Positions 48,405-60,365 of a stretch of 64,000 nucleotides of DNA are shown one piece after another (the first letter of the stretch is position 1; every line of letters begins with the position of its first letter). Both the position numbers and the translations under genes were made by a program. The notes under the pieces were generated by a model that was not told where the DNA came from, did no database searches, and saw only the letters and a program-made list of their open reading frames with translations. Source of the DNA: an uncultured cyanobacterium (GTDB lineage Bacteria > Cyanobacteriota > Cyanobacteriia > PCC-9006 > JAAUQQ01). The DNA lies in assembly GCA_963718615.1 (NCBI GenBank), contig OY970368.1, positions 5,696,001 through 5,760,000 of the forward strand, given 5' to 3'.

Positions 48405-49337
48405 TCACGAGGATTCGCCTGCGTGGTAAGAGCTGCGCACCAACGGCCCCGATCGCACCTGGGTAAACCCCAAATCACGGGCGATCGCCCCCAATTCCTC
48501 AAATTCCGCTGGCGTCCAATATTTCATCACCGGCAGGTGTTCAAGGGAGGGCCGCAGATATTGACCGAGGGTGAGGCGATCGCAATCCACGGCCCGCAAA
48601 TCCTTCAGGGTTTGAATAATTTCTACCTGGGTTTCCCCATGCCCCAACATCAGGCCCGATTTGGTGGGGATGTGGGGATTGAGCTGTTTGACCTGGGTGA
48701 GGACCTGGAGCGATCGCTCATACTTGGCCCCTCGCCGCACCCGCCCCTGGAGCCGTTCGACGGTTTCGATGTTGTGGTTATAGCAAGCGGGATGGGCCTG
48801 GACGACGGTGGTGATGCGCTGGCGTTGGGCGATCGCCGCTTCCCCCAGATCGGGCTGTCCTCCCCAGAAATCGGGCGTCAAGACTTCAATTTGGCTGTTT
48901 GGACAGCGGCGACGAATCGCGGCCATGGTCTGAGCAAACCAGCCTGCCCCTTGATCCGGCAAATCATCGCGGGTCACTGACGTGAGCACGACATAGCGCA
49001 GCCCCAGCAGCGCCACGGATTCCGCTACTTTCTCCGGCTCTTCCGGATCGAGGGGCATGGGGGCATGGCCCTTATCGACTTGGCAAAAGGCGCAGGCACG
49101 GGTACAGGTCGGTCCCATCAGCAAAAATGTCGCTGTGCCCTGGGCGTAGCACTCGCCACGATTGGGGCAGCGGCCCTCTTCACAGATCGTATGGATTTGG
49201 CGTTGTTTGATGATGCGCTGCACCCGAGAGAGCTCGCTGGCTTTGCCAATGGGGCGTTTGAGCCAAGCCGGGAGAGCCTCCGGCGCAGGAAAAACGGATT
49301 CAGCGGATTCAATGGATTCAACAGATTCAAAAGCCAT
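48405..49337 (-). CDS. lipA: Lipoyl synthase
   Basis: [27 protein letters not shown]. Confidence 0.97.
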   Translation of the reverse strand: MAFESVESIESAESVFPAPEALPAWLKRPIGKASELSRVQRIIKQRQIHTICEEGRCPNRGECYAQGTATFLLMGPTCTRACAFCQVDKGHAPMPLDPEEPEKVAESVALLGLRYVVLTSVTRDDLPDQGAGWFAQTMAAIRRRCPNSQIEVLTPDFWGGQPDLGEAAIAQRQRITTVVQAHPACYNHNIETVERLQGRVRRGAKYERSLQVLTQVKQLNPHIPTKSGLMLGHGETQVEIIQTLKDLRAVDCDRLTLGQYLRPSLEHLPVMKYWTPAEFEELGAIARDLGFTQVRSGPLVRSSYHAGESS

Positions 49338-49665
49338 GGCATTCAGATGAAGGATTTCCCTCTAATTGGGGAATAGTAAAAAGTAAAGTGAGGGGACTGC
49401 CAGGCCATCCATTGGCCTAGGGCTCACAACATCCACCCGGATACCTGTCACAGCATCTGTCGGGACCGTAGAAAAACAGCCTGCTCGCGCTAGTCTTTCT
49501 CAAGATAGTATCCGCGAAATTGCTGTGCTATCGTATCGACAGAACACTGCATCAGCAGACCGTCCTAGGGACAAAAAGCGGAGAATAGCCCCTTCTCCTG
49601 CATGTATCGAATGTAAATGTATCCATGACGAAACATTTGCCTAGCTGCTCAGAGAGGAATTCATA

Positions 49666-50208
49666 GTGGCATCTCACAAGATTTTGGTCATCGATGACAG
49701 TAAGGTCATTCGGATGCGGGTTCAGGATATGCTCCCCACCGGAAACTTTGAGATCCTGGAAGCAAAGGATGGCTTAGAGGGGCTGCGGTTAATCCGCGAA
49801 GAGCGTCCAACGCTGATTATGCTTGATTTCCTGTTGCCCAAGATGAATGGCTGGGAAGTCTTCCAGAATATTCAGGCCGATAGTTCGCTCCAGTCGATCC
49901 CCCTGGTGGTGATGTCAGGTCGCAAGGAAGAGGTGACGGAGAAGCTGCCGGAGCCGTTTGAATATTTTGAGTTTATCGAAAAGCCTTTTGAAAAGGACGA
50001 GCTGATGACGGCCATCAAGGCCGCGATGATGAAGGCTCGGAAGCGACCCAAGACAGTTGCCCCAGCGCCAACGGCTGTAGCGGCGGGTGCAGGCGCAGAG
50101 GATGTGGCGGCGTTGCAGGCCCGTGTCGCGACCCTAGAGCAGGAAGTGGCCACGCTGAAGAAGCAGCTCACCCAGGTGGTGACCTTTGTTCGGCAAAAAA
50201 TGTCTTAA
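49666..50208 (+). CDS. Response regulator (receiver + coiled-coil tail)
   Basis: VIDDS, MLDFLLP, EKPF. Confidence 0.9.
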   Translation: MASHKILVIDDSKVIRMRVQDMLPTGNFEILEAKDGLEGLRLIREERPTLIMLDFLLPKMNGWEVFQNIQADSSLQSIPLVVMSGRKEEVTEKLPEPFEYFEFIEKPFEKDELMTAIKAAMMKARKRPKTVAPAPTAVAAGAGAEDVAALQARVATLEQEVATLKKQLTQVVTFVRQKMS

Positions 50209-50210
50209 GG

Positions 50211-50247
50211 GTAAGGGTGTCTTAGGGATGTCTTAGGGATGTCTTAG
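50211..50247. repeat. ~12-bp tandem repeat (TGTCTTAGGGA-like) x3 between convergent genes
   Basis: Seen directly. Confidence 0.6.
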
Positions 50248-50254
50248 AGTGACC

Positions 50255-50860
50255 TTAGTCCAGTTCCCGACGGCCCTCTAGGGCACGGGCGAGGGTGACT
50301 TCGTCGGCATATTCGAGGTCGCCTCCCATGGGCAAGCCAAAGGCAATGCGGGTCACTTTGGTAAAGGGTTTGAGCAAGTGGCCTAGGTAAAGCGTGGTGG
50401 TTTCGCCTTCCACGCTAGGACTGATGGCCAAAATTACTTCGCCAATGCCTTGGCTGACGCGGCGCACTAGGGGCTGAATATTGAGTTGCTCGGGGCCAAT
50501 GCCGTCCATGGGAGAAATTAATCCACCCAGGACATGGTATTTGCCCCGATATTCTCGGGTTTTTTCCAAGGCAATGACATCGCGGGAGTCAGAGACAACG
50601 CAAATGGTTTGGCTGTCGCGGTTCGGAGCTCGGCAAATATTACAGACGGGTTCGGCGGATAGGTGAAAACAGACCGAACATTGACCCACCTGCTTTTTCG
50701 CCTCTAGCAGGGCTTGAGCCAGGGCTTCGACTTCGGGTTCAGGTCGATTGAGGATATGCAGCGCCAGACGCTGGGCGGACTTTGGCCCGACACCGGGGAG
50801 GCGCTGGAGTTGTTCGATTAATCGGGCGAGGGGCGGGGTATAAACGGTCCGAGTCTCCAA
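50255..50860 (-). CDS. recR: Recombination mediator RecR
   Basis: [14 protein letters not shown]4 finger, [14 protein letters not shown]. Confidence 0.97.
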   Translation of the reverse strand: METRTVYTPPLARLIEQLQRLPGVGPKSAQRLALHILNRPEPEVEALAQALLEAKKQVGQCSVCFHLSAEPVCNICRAPNRDSQTICVVSDSRDVIALEKTREYRGKYHVLGGLISPMDGIGPEQLNIQPLVRRVSQGIGEVILAISPSVEGETTTLYLGHLLKPFTKVTRIAFGLPMGGDLEYADEVTLARALEGRRELD

Positions 50861-50919
50861 AAAACCAGCATTGACGATGATAGCTCGTTAGCATGGGGCT
50901 AGGCACTCCATGCAAAATA

Positions 50920-51318
50920 ATGAAGATTCAAGCTCCCAAGACTCGTCGAGGTGGTGGCGATCGCCCTCGCGAATGGATGCGAGGACTAGGCATTGGTTTA
51001 CTGGGTCTCCTGTTAACCCTAGGGGGCGTCCTGTGGCAGCAGCCCTCCTTCGCCCAAGCGGCACTGAATGAGTCACGGATTTCACGGTTGGAGTTTGTGG
51101 TGCAGGAGCTGCGATCGCAAGTCCAACGCCTCTCCAGCCAATCCTTGCCCTTAGAGCCCCAAGCGACTAATCCTCCCTTCTCCATTAGCCAACCCCCGAG
51201 CGCTCAGCGGCGCGGTGGTCCCACCCAAGAACAGTTTGAGAATTTGGCTAACTTGGTAATTGAACTGAAGGAAGAGGTGCGATCGCTCCAATCCCAAGTC
51301 GATCAACTTCAGCGCTAG
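50920..51318 (+). CDS. Hypothetical exported coiled-coil protein
   Basis: Signal-like segment; FENLANLVIELKE. Confidence 0.65.
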   Translation: MKIQAPKTRRGGGDRPREWMRGLGIGLLGLLLTLGGVLWQQPSFAQAALNESRISRLEFVVQELRSQVQRLSSQSLPLEPQATNPPFSISQPPSAQRRGGPTQEQFENLANLVIELKEEVRSLQSQVDQLQR

Positions 51319-51365
51319 CCCTAGTCAATCGCTGCGGATTCAGCATTACCGCTCAAAATTACCGT

Positions 51366-52352
51366 TCATAGCGGCAGATCTCGCCGAGGATCAAAGCTTT
51401 CGACTTGGTAGAGCTTTTCGTAGAGCGATCGCTCCTCCTCCGTCAAATGCAGGGGAACCATCACCACCAACTCAAGGATTTGATCTCCCCGTACCCCCGC
51501 ATCATCGGGATAACCCTTGCCTGCCAAACGCAACCACTGACCCGGACGCAGGCCCAGCGGCACGTTGATCTGCACAGGTCCATCCAGTGTTGGTACCTCA
51601 ATCGGGGCTCCCAAAACCGCTTCCACCGGTGAAACCGGCACTTGGCAATAAATATCCGTGCCGTCCAGCCGATAAAAGCTGTGTTCTGGCACTTCGATTT
51701 TGAGATATAAATCTCCGCCACTGATGCCCTGTCCTCGCAAACGAATTTGCTGCCCCGTCGCCAGGCCAGCGGGCATATCTAGCTCAATGGCGCGGCCATC
51801 CTCAAGGCGAATTCGCTCGGGGCCGCCAGCATAGGCCTGTTCGAGAGGGACGACTAAATGGGCTTCGACATCACGGGGAGCATCGGTGTTCGGGTAGGGG
51901 GAAGCGCGCTGAACGCGATCGCGCAAGGGGTCTTCCCGACGCGGTGACTCGGCCCAGCGGGTCTCTTTCCCTGGCCCAAAATCTTCATCCCGAGGGGGCG
52001 TTTTCCCCAGCAGTTCGTCTACAAAAATGTTGAAATCAGGGAACTGGCTAAAGTCGATGGGCGCGGATCGCCAGTTGATGCCCCAGCTACCCCGTGGGCG
52101 ATCGCCAAAGCCCTCAAACCCATCCTGATTCCAGTAGCTGCTAAATTCGTCGTATTGCGATCGCCGCTCCACATCCGAGAGCACTTCGTAGGCTTCGCTG
52201 ATAACCTTGAACTGCTCCTCTGCCGCTTTATCACCAGGGTTAAGGTCAGGATGATAACGGCGAGCGAGCTGGCGAAAAACCCGTTTAATCTCTTCCCCCG
52301 TCGCTTCCCGTTCAACCCCCAGGATTTCATAGTAATTCCGAAAGTTTTCCAT
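51366..52352 (-). CDS. DnaJ/CbpA-type co-chaperone
   Basis: YYEILGV, YHPD, C-terminal DnaJ domain; TGATG-coupled to dnaK. Confidence 0.92.
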   Translation of the reverse strand: MENFRNYYEILGVEREATGEEIKRVFRQLARRYHPDLNPGDKAAEEQFKVISEAYEVLSDVERRSQYDEFSSYWNQDGFEGFGDRPRGSWGINWRSAPIDFSQFPDFNIFVDELLGKTPPRDEDFGPGKETRWAESPRREDPLRDRVQRASPYPNTDAPRDVEAHLVVPLEQAYAGGPERIRLEDGRAIELDMPAGLATGQQIRLRGQGISGGDLYLKIEVPEHSFYRLDGTDIYCQVPVSPVEAVLGAPIEVPTLDGPVQINVPLGLRPGQWLRLAGKGYPDDAGVRGDQILELVVMVPLHLTEEERSLYEKLYQVESFDPRRDLPL

Positions 52353-54520
52353 CAAAGCCACTCATCTTCGTCCCCAAAGTCTTCATTGGGATAGGGATTG
52401 CTGTAGCGAGGGCGAGGGCGATCCAGTCCGCCGCGATCCAGTCCGCCGCGATCCAATCCACCGCGATCATAGCCCCCCCGATCGTAGCCGCCGCGATCAT
52501 AGCCTCCCCGATCATAGCCCCCCCGATCTGGAGAGGTCCCATAGCCTCCTCGGTCGGGTGGGGGTCCATAGCGGTCATTGCTGTAGCGATCGCCATAGTC
52601 ATCCCGGCCTCGGCGGCGATCGCTATCTTCCCCCGTAATCGATTCTTTGATTTCCGTAAACGTTTCCTTGACCGACCGGAAAATATCGTCGTCGTCCTCT
52701 TCCCGCAGGCGGAACGAAATTTCTCGCTCTAGGGCGGTCAGCGCATCCTGTAAATCAGCCTGGGCAAGGTCAATGGTGCGATCGTCATTGTCTTCGAGGG
52801 CTTGGCGTAGCTCACGAATATACACCTCCACCTGTCGTCGTTCCCGATCGGCAAAATACATCCCAAAGTCGATCGCCACCTCCCGCAGCTTGCGCTCGGC
52901 CTTGCTGGCAAGACTTTCGACCTGATTGCGACGATCGATCCGGGCTTTCTTCTGGCCATCCACCTGGGCGTAGTCCCGCGCCTCCTGGATCATTCGGTCA
53001 ATCTCGGCATCGCTCAGCGTCGAGGCCCCCTGAATCGTCACGGTTTGCTCCCGCCCCGTCGTTCGGTCTAGGGCGCTGACTTGGAGAATGCCATTGGAGT
53101 CAATATCAAACGACACCTGAATTTGCGGCACGCCCCGAGGCGCAGGGGGAATCCCCATGAGCTTGAACCGTCCCAAGGATTTATTGCCCTCGGCCATCTG
53201 CCGTTCACCCTGGAGTACATGGATTTCCACCAGGGTTTGATTATTTTCCCCGGTGGAAAAAATATCGGATTTGCGGACCGGCACAGGCGTATTACGCGGA
53301 ATCAAGGGTTTCATCACGCCGCCAATGGTTTCTAACCCCAACGACAGGGGCGTCACATCCAAGAGCAACACATCGCGCACATCCCCAGCAATAATGCCCG
53401 CCTGAATCGCCGCTCCTACTGCGACTACTTCATCCGGATTAACATTGCGGTTGGGCTCTTGGTCAATGAACGATCGCACCAACTCCTGCACCATGGGCAT
53501 TCGCGTCGAGCCCCCCACGAGCACCACTTCGTCAATGGCACGGGGAGATAGACCCGCATCCTGAATGGCACGGCGGACCGGCAGCTTGAGGCGTTCCAGC
53601 AGGTCAAGACATAACCCCTCAAATTCCCCCCGCGCCAGCCGAGTTTCTAAATGCTTAGGCCCCTCTTCCGTTGCGGTAATAAAAGGTAAATTAATTTCGG
53701 TCAGCCCCACCCCCGAGAGCTCAATTTTGGCTTTCTCAGCGGCTTCAGTCAGGCGCTGGAGCGACTGGCGTTCCCGGCGTAGGTCAATGCTTTCCCGTTC
53801 TAGAAACTGCTCCGCCATCCAGTTGACGATTTTGCGATCGAAATCATTCCCCCCCAACTGGGTATCACCGCTCGTGGAGAGAACCTCAAATACCCCATCC
53901 CCAACCTTAAGGATAGACACGTCAAAGGTGCCGCCCCCAAGGTCAAAGACCAAAATTGTTTGTCGCTGGGTGCGATCGAGCCCATAGGCCAACGACGCAG
54001 CCGTCGGCTCATTCAAAATCCGTTTGACATCCAGCCCAGCAATTCGGCCCGCATCGCGGGTGGCCTGGCGCTGGGAATCGTTAAAATAGGCCGGAACCGT
54101 AATCACCGCACCGGTAACCGTTTGTCCGAGGTAACGACTGGCTTCATCCGCCAGCTTGCGCAGAATCATCGCTGAAACTTCTTCCGGTGCAAACTCCCGT
54201 TCAAGGCGCGGCGATACAATCCGAATATTGCCCTCTTCGTTGCGGCGAATCATGTAGGGCACCCGTCGATCCTCGGAGCTCAGCTCGGAATAGGGCCGAC
54301 CAATAAAGCGCTTGACGTTGTAAAACGTGTTTTTGGGATCGAGAACCGCCTGTCGCCGTCCCATTTGCCCAACCAAACGCTCACCGTCCTTCGTAAAGGC
54401 GACAACGGAGGGCGTGGTTCGCATGCCCTCGGCATTAGCGATGACCACGGGTTTGCCGCCTTCCATCACGGCAACCACAGAGTTGGTAGTCCCCAGGTCA
54501 ATGCCAACTACTTTACCCAT
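52352..54520 (-). CDS. dnaK: Hsp70 chaperone with extended C-terminal tail (DnaK3-type)
   Basis: [33 protein letters not shown]. Confidence 0.97.
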   Translation of the reverse strand: MGKVVGIDLGTTNSVVAVMEGGKPVVIANAEGMRTTPSVVAFTKDGERLVGQMGRRQAVLDPKNTFYNVKRFIGRPYSELSSEDRRVPYMIRRNEEGNIRIVSPRLEREFAPEEVSAMILRKLADEASRYLGQTVTGAVITVPAYFNDSQRQATRDAGRIAGLDVKRILNEPTAASLAYGLDRTQRQTILVFDLGGGTFDVSILKVGDGVFEVLSTSGDTQLGGNDFDRKIVNWMAEQFLERESIDLRRERQSLQRLTEAAEKAKIELSGVGLTEINLPFITATEEGPKHLETRLARGEFEGLCLDLLERLKLPVRRAIQDAGLSPRAIDEVVLVGGSTRMPMVQELVRSFIDQEPNRNVNPDEVVAVGAAIQAGIIAGDVRDVLLLDVTPLSLGLETIGGVMKPLIPRNTPVPVRKSDIFSTGENNQTLVEIHVLQGERQMAEGNKSLGRFKLMGIPPAPRGVPQIQVSFDIDSNGILQVSALDRTTGREQTVTIQGASTLSDAEIDRMIQEARDYAQVDGQKKARIDRRNQVESLASKAERKLREVAIDFGMYFADRERRQVEVYIRELRQALEDNDDRTIDLAQADLQDALTALEREISFRLREEDDDDIFRSVKETFTEIKESITGEDSDRRRGRDDYGDRYSNDRYGPPPDRGGYGTSPDRGGYDRGGYDRGGYDRGGYDRGGLDRGGLDRGGLDRPRPRYSNPYPNEDFGDEDEWL
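52424..52528 (-). repeat. 15-bp coding tandem repeat x7 (DRGGY x4, DRGGL x3)
   Basis: Seen directly. Confidence 0.9.
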
Positions 54521-54705
54521 TCGCTGCAAGTACTCCTCGCTGATCCTCTCAAGGTTACCGTTCCAAGCCAAAATTCTCCTAGGGGCAGCAGGTTGACCCA
54601 TTGAGAAGGTCGGCAGTCCGGAATTGTTGAGAACTGTTGCTCCCCATTCTATCTGCTCACAGCAAGAGAACGGAAACCAGAAAATCCTAGACTTCTAAAT
54701 TAAAA

Positions 54706-54792
54706 CGGAGAGGGAGGGATTCGAACCCTCGTTAGAGTTACCCCTAAACAGCATTTCCAGTGCTGCGCCTTCAACCACTCGGCCACCTCTCC
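54706..54792 (-). tRNA. tRNA-Ser(GGA)
   Basis: GGAGAGG/CCTCTCC acceptor stem, CT-GGA-AA loop, long variable arm, GTTCGAATC. Confidence 0.96.
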
Positions 54793-54948
54793 AGGGGTTA
54801 TTCGATTGTGGGTGAGTTGTAACTCACCGGATAACGATAGTATCCGATCGAGGCTCAATTGGGCAAGCGGCTTTACAGATTCAATGGATGGAGAATGGAT
54901 AGATGATCGATAAACCGCCTGCCCCGGTCTGGTTTGAGCGGGCGATCG

Positions 54949-55554
54949 CTAGATCGTAGCGAAATAATCCTTGGACTTAATGGGGTCGGGATTCATCGTC
55001 TTGTCGCCCGGTTTCCAGCCCGCCGGACAAACCTCATCCGGGTTGCTTTGAACATACTGGAGAGCCTGAAGGGTCCGTAGGGTTTCCTCTACGTTCCGGC
55101 CAAAGGCGAGGTTATTGATCGTGGAATGCTGGAGAATCCCCTCTTTGTCGATGATGAAAAGACCGCGCAGGGCAATGCCAGCTTCTGGATCGAGGACGTT
55201 GTAGGCTGTGCAAATGTCTTTTTTGATGTCCGAGACCAGCGGATAGTTGAGATCTCCAACCCCCCCTTGGTTGCGCTCGGTTTGAATCCAGGCCAGGTGA
55301 GAAAATTCGCTGTCGATCGAGACCCCGAGGATTTCGGTTCCTAGGGCTTTGAATTCGGCGTGGCGATCGCTAAATGCAGTAATTTCCGTTGGGCAAACAA
55401 ACGTAAAGTCCAGCGGATAGAAAAATAAGACAACGTACTGCCCCTGATAGTCCGACAGGCTAATTGTCTTAAATTCCTGGTCAATGACAGCGGTTGCCGT
55501 AAAGTTAGGGGCTTCCTGGCCGACGCGCAGACAGCCTTCATTTGGAGAACTCAT
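54949..55554 (-). CDS. 2-Cys peroxiredoxin (AhpC/TSA)
   Basis: [20 protein letters not shown]. Confidence 0.96.
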   Translation of the reverse strand: MSSPNEGCLRVGQEAPNFTATAVIDQEFKTISLSDYQGQYVVLFFYPLDFTFVCPTEITAFSDRHAEFKALGTEILGVSIDSEFSHLAWIQTERNQGGVGDLNYPLVSDIKKDICTAYNVLDPEAGIALRGLFIIDKEGILQHSTINNLAFGRNVEETLRTLQALQYVQSNPDEVCPAGWKPGDKTMNPDPIKSKDYFATI

Positions 55555-55661
55555 ATCCCAACACTCCTAGAAAGTGCGTCTTGTGATGTTAACGCCAAAA
55601 CGAAAAACGTCCTTCACCGTATCACAGCTAGAACGCCATAGGGATGATGCTTTTGATTAAA

Positions 55662-55733
55662 TGGCTCAGGCGTGATTTGAACACGCGACCAAGGGCTTAT
55701 GAGTCCCCTGCTCTACCGCTGAGCTACTGAGCC
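55662..55733 (-). tRNA. tRNA with CAT anticodon (probably elongator Met; Ile2 not excluded)
   Basis: GGCTCAG/CTGAGCC stem, CT-CAT-AA loop, GTTCAAATC. Confidence 0.92.
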
Positions 55734-56017
55734 ATGCTTAAAGTCTCTTGAGGTTGCCTTGAGAAAAGGCTAGCCTTGAGTGATGCAAGGACTGACCTCA
55801 ACGGTTTATTAACTTAGCATAGGGTGAGGTCGAACCACAACTAATGCGGCTAAAAATTTGAGTAGTCCTAAAATCTAACAAACCGAAAGCCTGACAAACT
55901 GAATGTCTGACAAATCAAAGCCGAGAAGACAAATAGCGTCCTCTCGGCCTTGGATAGGCATTAATTCACCCTGATATCAATTCACCCTGAATAATTGCGT
56001 GAACTGATACCCATAGA

Positions 56018-58207
56018 TTATTGGGCAGGCAGATAGGCGATCGGATTCACAGCCCCTTGCCCCGGCGGATGAATCTCGAAGTGGAGGTGAGGACCCGTAC
56101 TAAAACCGGTGCTGCCCATGAGGGCGATTTGCTCACCTTGACGGACGCGCTGTCCGTCTTTCACCAAAACGCGGCTGTTGTGGGCGTAGAGCGTCACCGA
56201 GCCGTCAGGATGGGTAATTTCGACCAGGTTGCCATAGCCGCCATCATTCCAGCCTGCATAGGTGATCACACCGCCGCCCGCTGCCACGATGGGGGTCCCC
56301 ACCGGTCCGGCCACGTCAATGCCCTTGTGCATCCGGCCCCAGCGCCAGCCAAATCCGGAGGAAAGCACCCCTTGGGCTGGCCAAATGAAGCCTTTGGATA
56401 GGCCATTAGGCAAAAAGGATTCAGAGGAAAGGGGCGGTAGCTCAGGGGAAACCGACCGACTCAGTAGAGACTGGGCCAAAGGCTCATAGGATTGGGAGCC
56501 GAGAGATGCCGCAGCCACGACCTGAGGCTGGGCCGGTTGAGGCATCTGGACCGGGATTTGCTGGGTGCCTGCGACGGCTACGCCTGCATCCCGACTTTGA
56601 GCTTGTAGTTCTTGCAGCTCAGACTTCAAGCCGTTGACATAGCTGTCAGGCTTGAACTCGGGATTCACGCGGCTAGAGGCCGTTGTGGTTTTTCCAGGAG
56701 CCTGAACGGTGATGGGTTCAGCCTTGGGAGCCAGATTGTGGGAAGGCTCGGGAATCAAGGGCTGGCGTAGATCTGCGGCTACGGATTCAGGCTTTTGCTG
56801 TTTCTGCTGACGCATTTGCCGAATCTCGCCCATCAAAATATCCACGTAGGGATTTTCTGCTGTGCCGCTGGGGGCAGTGGCGATCGCCTGCGTCTGGGGG
56901 GCAGCCGCTGCCTTAGGAGTCGCAGAAGGCAGTTCTGCAACCCGAATCGGCTGAGCCGCAATGGGACTTGCGACGGGAGCAGGCTGAGCCTGAATGCCAC
57001 CGGGAATCGTTAGCGTTTGGCCAACAAAAATGAAATTCGGGTTGCTGATACCATTGGCTCGGCTAAGGTCGGTTAGGCTAATGCCATGATTCCGAGCTAT
57101 CTTGACCAGCGTGTCACCCGGTTGTACACGGTAGTTGCTACTGACCTGGGGATTGGTCTGAAGCTGAATCGGAGCTTGAGCCGGGGCCTGAGGCTTCGTT
57201 TGGGCCGGTTGTAGTGGCTTCAACGTCAGAGGGACTGAAGCTGCAACGGGCATCGAAACTGGAACCTGGACAGCATTCTCTTCGGTCTTAAGCGTCGTTG
57301 GAAGCTCAGGGAGCTGGGCAGATCCGGTTTGAACCGGTCCCTCAGCAGGAGTAATCGCAACGGCTTCAGCCTTGGGCACTACAGGGGCAGATGCGGATTG
57401 AACCTCATCAATTTGAACCCCATCGACGGCGGTGACGGCAATCGAGGCAGAACGGGGAAGACCAATGACTTGGTCGACCTTCAGCACATTGGGATTATCG
57501 AGCTGGTTAACCGCGACGATTTCGGCCCGCGAGACGTCAAAGCGACGGGCAATCGAATCTAGGGTATCGCCCGCTTGAATGCGGTAGGGCGAGAGCTGGG
57601 AGAGCTCTAGCTTTTGCGGACTGACCTCAGAAGACTGAGGCACAGAAGGCAGCGTGGCGGGAATGGCGGCTACCCGCTCAGGACTCGCAATTGTCGCATC
57701 GGTTAACTTGCTATTGGCTGCGACAATCTGGGGACTGAAGTCAGCGAGATCACCGGATTCCACGGCTGCGGCTGCGGATTCTGCCAGACGCTGGAGCTCA
57801 AGGGCAAGTTCATCGGCGCGCTGGGCATCTTTGGACACCGAAGTGTCCGATGCCTCTGCGGCCATCGCCGCACCTTGCATCAGCGAGAGCACATCAGAGG
57901 CTCCCATGGCCATGGCCAAACCGACCACCGCCGCCGAAGTGCGCATCCGGCGCTGGCAAGCGGGGTTGGTGAGGATGGGTTTGAGATATCTCTCGACCCA
58001 GTCAGCACCGTCAGCTTGACGGATAACAGACTGGATATCTTCTGGGCTGATCTGACGAATCTGGCTTAACAGACTGGCGCGATCGCCATTGCTCTGGGAA
58101 GCCGCAAGCTCCGCCAGGGCACTCAGAGCATCCTTACCCAGGGAGCGGGGCAATTGGGGCTCGATTTTTTGTGGAAATCCTCGTTTCAAGGAATGACCTC
58201 CTGACAA
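56018..58207 (-). CDS. LysM x2 + M23 peptidase (NlpD-like)
   Basis: Two LysM motifs (YRIQAGDTL, YRVQPGDTL); HKGID, YAH, GPHLHFE; start uncertain. Confidence 0.92.
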   Translation of the reverse strand: MSGGHSLKRGFPQKIEPQLPRSLGKDALSALAELAASQSNGDRASLLSQIRQISPEDIQSVIRQADGADWVERYLKPILTNPACQRRMRTSAAVVGLAMAMGASDVLSLMQGAAMAAEASDTSVSKDAQRADELALELQRLAESAAAAVESGDLADFSPQIVAANSKLTDATIASPERVAAIPATLPSVPQSSEVSPQKLELSQLSPYRIQAGDTLDSIARRFDVSRAEIVAVNQLDNPNVLKVDQVIGLPRSASIAVTAVDGVQIDEVQSASAPVVPKAEAVAITPAEGPVQTGSAQLPELPTTLKTEENAVQVPVSMPVAASVPLTLKPLQPAQTKPQAPAQAPIQLQTNPQVSSNYRVQPGDTLVKIARNHGISLTDLSRANGISNPNFIFVGQTLTIPGGIQAQPAPVASPIAAQPIRVAELPSATPKAAAAPQTQAIATAPSGTAENPYVDILMGEIRQMRQQKQQKPESVAADLRQPLIPEPSHNLAPKAEPITVQAPGKTTTASSRVNPEFKPDSYVNGLKSELQELQAQSRDAGVAVAGTQQIPVQMPQPAQPQVVAAASLGSQSYEPLAQSLLSRSVSPELPPLSSESFLPNGLSKGFIWPAQGVLSSGFGWRWGRMHKGIDVAGPVGTPIVAAGGGVITYAGWNDGGYGNLVEITHPDGSVTLYAHNSRVLVKDGQRVRQGEQIALMGSTGFSTGPHLHFEIHPPGQGAVNPIAYLPAQ

Positions 58208-59134
58208 TCAGTACTTACGCATCCTGGAGTTCTTAAGCAACTCTTTCAGACGGACGCCAGCCTTAACAGGGAATTTCTTGTTAAGGAGCAGGATCTAAGG
58301 ACGCAATGTCCGAATTACCTACGAAAGGTTAACTTGCTTTTTACAAATAGACAAGCTCAGGCAAAATATTGCGCCTAAACCGGGGTCAAAGTCTTCAGTG
58401 ATTACTACAGTGCCAATTTCAGAATTGCTTGCTACCTCGACCATGAAATGACGCCACATTCCTTTCAGGGCAAGAATTTCAGGCATTCCTGTTGATCACA
58501 AAAATCATCCAAAATAAGCCTGATTTTTCTTTTTGAGAAGCACGAAAATCGACCTTTTCTAATGGAACAAATGCAAAGCAATACCGATGATTGGAACGAT
58601 CGCATCGGGTGTCAAGAAGACAATTCTAGTCGCAGCGATTGTATATATGAATTTCTTATCGCTGCTGACTAGACGAAATCCCCACTCCCCAAGTTTCCCG
58701 GCCTGAAGGCGTAGCCTGAGTTACCTTTTGCAGCTCTTTCAAGGGACTCCTGGTGGAAGGCAAGGCATAGTAGGGGATGAATGATTATTTTTGGTAATCA
58801 TTTTTTGCAAAATCCTGTGAGCCGGATCACAAACGAGGCATTTTACCCATACAGGAGCCTTGGGCTGGATCAGCGCGAGGGGTCGGAGCCCTCAGGATGT
58901 AGGCTCTACCCTGCCTTGGACGGATCCGGAGAACTAAGCAAGATTGACCTAGACCACCCGAGAGCGGGGCTAAACTCTTCTTAAGACTCAAGGATCGCAG
59001 CTATAGGATTAAGTTATCTTTGCTGGTGTTTGCGATAGAAAAAAGTGAAGTGATGGGCGATGCGATCGCCTCCAACGGCGTGCGGTCTCGGAATTTTGCC
59101 GATGAGTATTTTAGATAAGTATCGTCAGCAAACC

Positions 59135-59629
59135 TTATGGAATGCCTGCTGGCGTCCGTCGGGGACCCTGGGTGAGGAGGCCCAATTGACGACGAGCTTC
59201 GAAAAGGCCAATGGCAACGCTAACGGAAAGGTTGAGGCTGCGCACATGGGGTTGGCTCATGGGGATGTAGATCAGCTCTGTGCAATTTGCTAGTGCTTCA
59301 TCCGGAAGCCCCGTAGTTTCACGGCCAAACAGGAGCCAATCCTCAGGCTGAAATTCAAATTCGCTGTAATTCTGAGTTCCCGCCGTGGTGAATCCGATCC
59401 AGCGCCCTCCCTGTTGGCTGTGGTGAAGTTGGAAGGCCGCGATCGAGTCATGAACGGTTAAGTCGACGTGGGGCCAGTAGTCGAGACCGGCTCGCTTGAG
59501 CTGGCGATCGCTAATTTCAAAGCCCAATGGGCCAACCAAATGTAATGGGGTACCGGTGGCAGCGCAAGTTCGTGCCACATTTCCGGTGTTGGGAGGGATT
59601 TGGGGTTGAATGAGCGCAATACGAACCAT
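59135..59629 (-). CDS. trmL: tRNA (cytidine34-2'-O)-methyltransferase
   Basis: PQIPPNTGN, RAGLDYW, FGRETTGL, RSLNLS. Confidence 0.95.
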   Translation of the reverse strand: MVRIALIQPQIPPNTGNVARTCAATGTPLHLVGPLGFEISDRQLKRAGLDYWPHVDLTVHDSIAAFQLHHSQQGGRWIGFTTAGTQNYSEFEFQPEDWLLFGRETTGLPDEALANCTELIYIPMSQPHVRSLNLSVSVAIGLFEARRQLGLLTQGPRRTPAGIP

Positions 59630-59700
59630 GGTTTACCAACGCAGAGTCGCTCTATTTTCTCATTCTCTTCCCTTATTCCTTATATATAAGGAGATCAAAA

Positions 59701-59736
59701 AAGTCATCGGCGAAGTCATCGGCGAAGTCATCGGCA
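59701..59736. repeat. 12-bp tandem repeat AAGTCATCGGCG x3
   Basis: Seen directly. Confidence 0.75.
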
Positions 59737-59739
59737 TCC

Positions 59740-60210
59740 CTAGGCACTCGCGCCCGACCCGTTGCAGGACTCAGCGTCCGCAGGATCGAAACGCTCTCCG
59801 GACATTTTTAGGCGATCGCGAATATCATCCAAACGAGCCCGCCAAGGCTGTACGCCATGGGGGGCCGGAATTTCTAGGTTGGGCCAGTTGGACAAATCGT
59901 GGCAAGGGCAGTCCATATCCGAAGCACTGCCCACTTTCTTTAACACCGGCATGGAGCAACGAGCACAGTCATCCACCTCCCAGGCCGGGTTCAGAATGGT
60001 TTCAAGGCTCTCGCGGGTGCCCTCTAAAAAACAGCGGCTCAAGCCCTGAGCTTGACAGGTTGCCCAGCAAGCTTCAAAGGCATCGCTATAAGTCCCATTG
60101 TGGAGGACGGATGCGGGCCGCAGGGTTTCACCCGTCGTTTGAATCTGGACTCCCTTGCCGAGCTGGAACCAACAAGCGAGATAGTTACGGAGTTCTGCTG
60201 GACTAGCCAT
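59740..60210 (-). CDS. Cys-rich hypothetical protein
   Basis: YLACWFQLGK...CARC...CPCHD...WPN. Confidence 0.75.
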   Translation of the reverse strand: MASPAELRNYLACWFQLGKGVQIQTTGETLRPASVLHNGTYSDAFEACWATCQAQGLSRCFLEGTRESLETILNPAWEVDDCARCSMPVLKKVGSASDMDCPCHDLSNWPNLEIPAPHGVQPWRARLDDIRDRLKMSGERFDPADAESCNGSGASA

Positions 60211-60365
60211 AGTGCAATTTCAGAGGAAGTAACTGTAAGGAAGTGACTGTATAGAGAGAATGGGTGAAAGACGTGCCCTGGAGTGGATCCCCGAGTGCCT
60301 TTGATCCTAGCTTGTGCCTCCGGCTGATGTGGGGCTTAAACCTAGATAAAATATTGAGTTTTGCG

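Noticed and set aside
54706-55733. tRNAs as island integration sites
   Set aside because: No duplicated tRNA 3' ends or integrase nearby; flanks are core genes.
58210-59130. Long intergenic region as a possible ncRNA locus
   Set aside because: Only one modest inverted repeat (58261-58286); no RNA family recognisable by eye.
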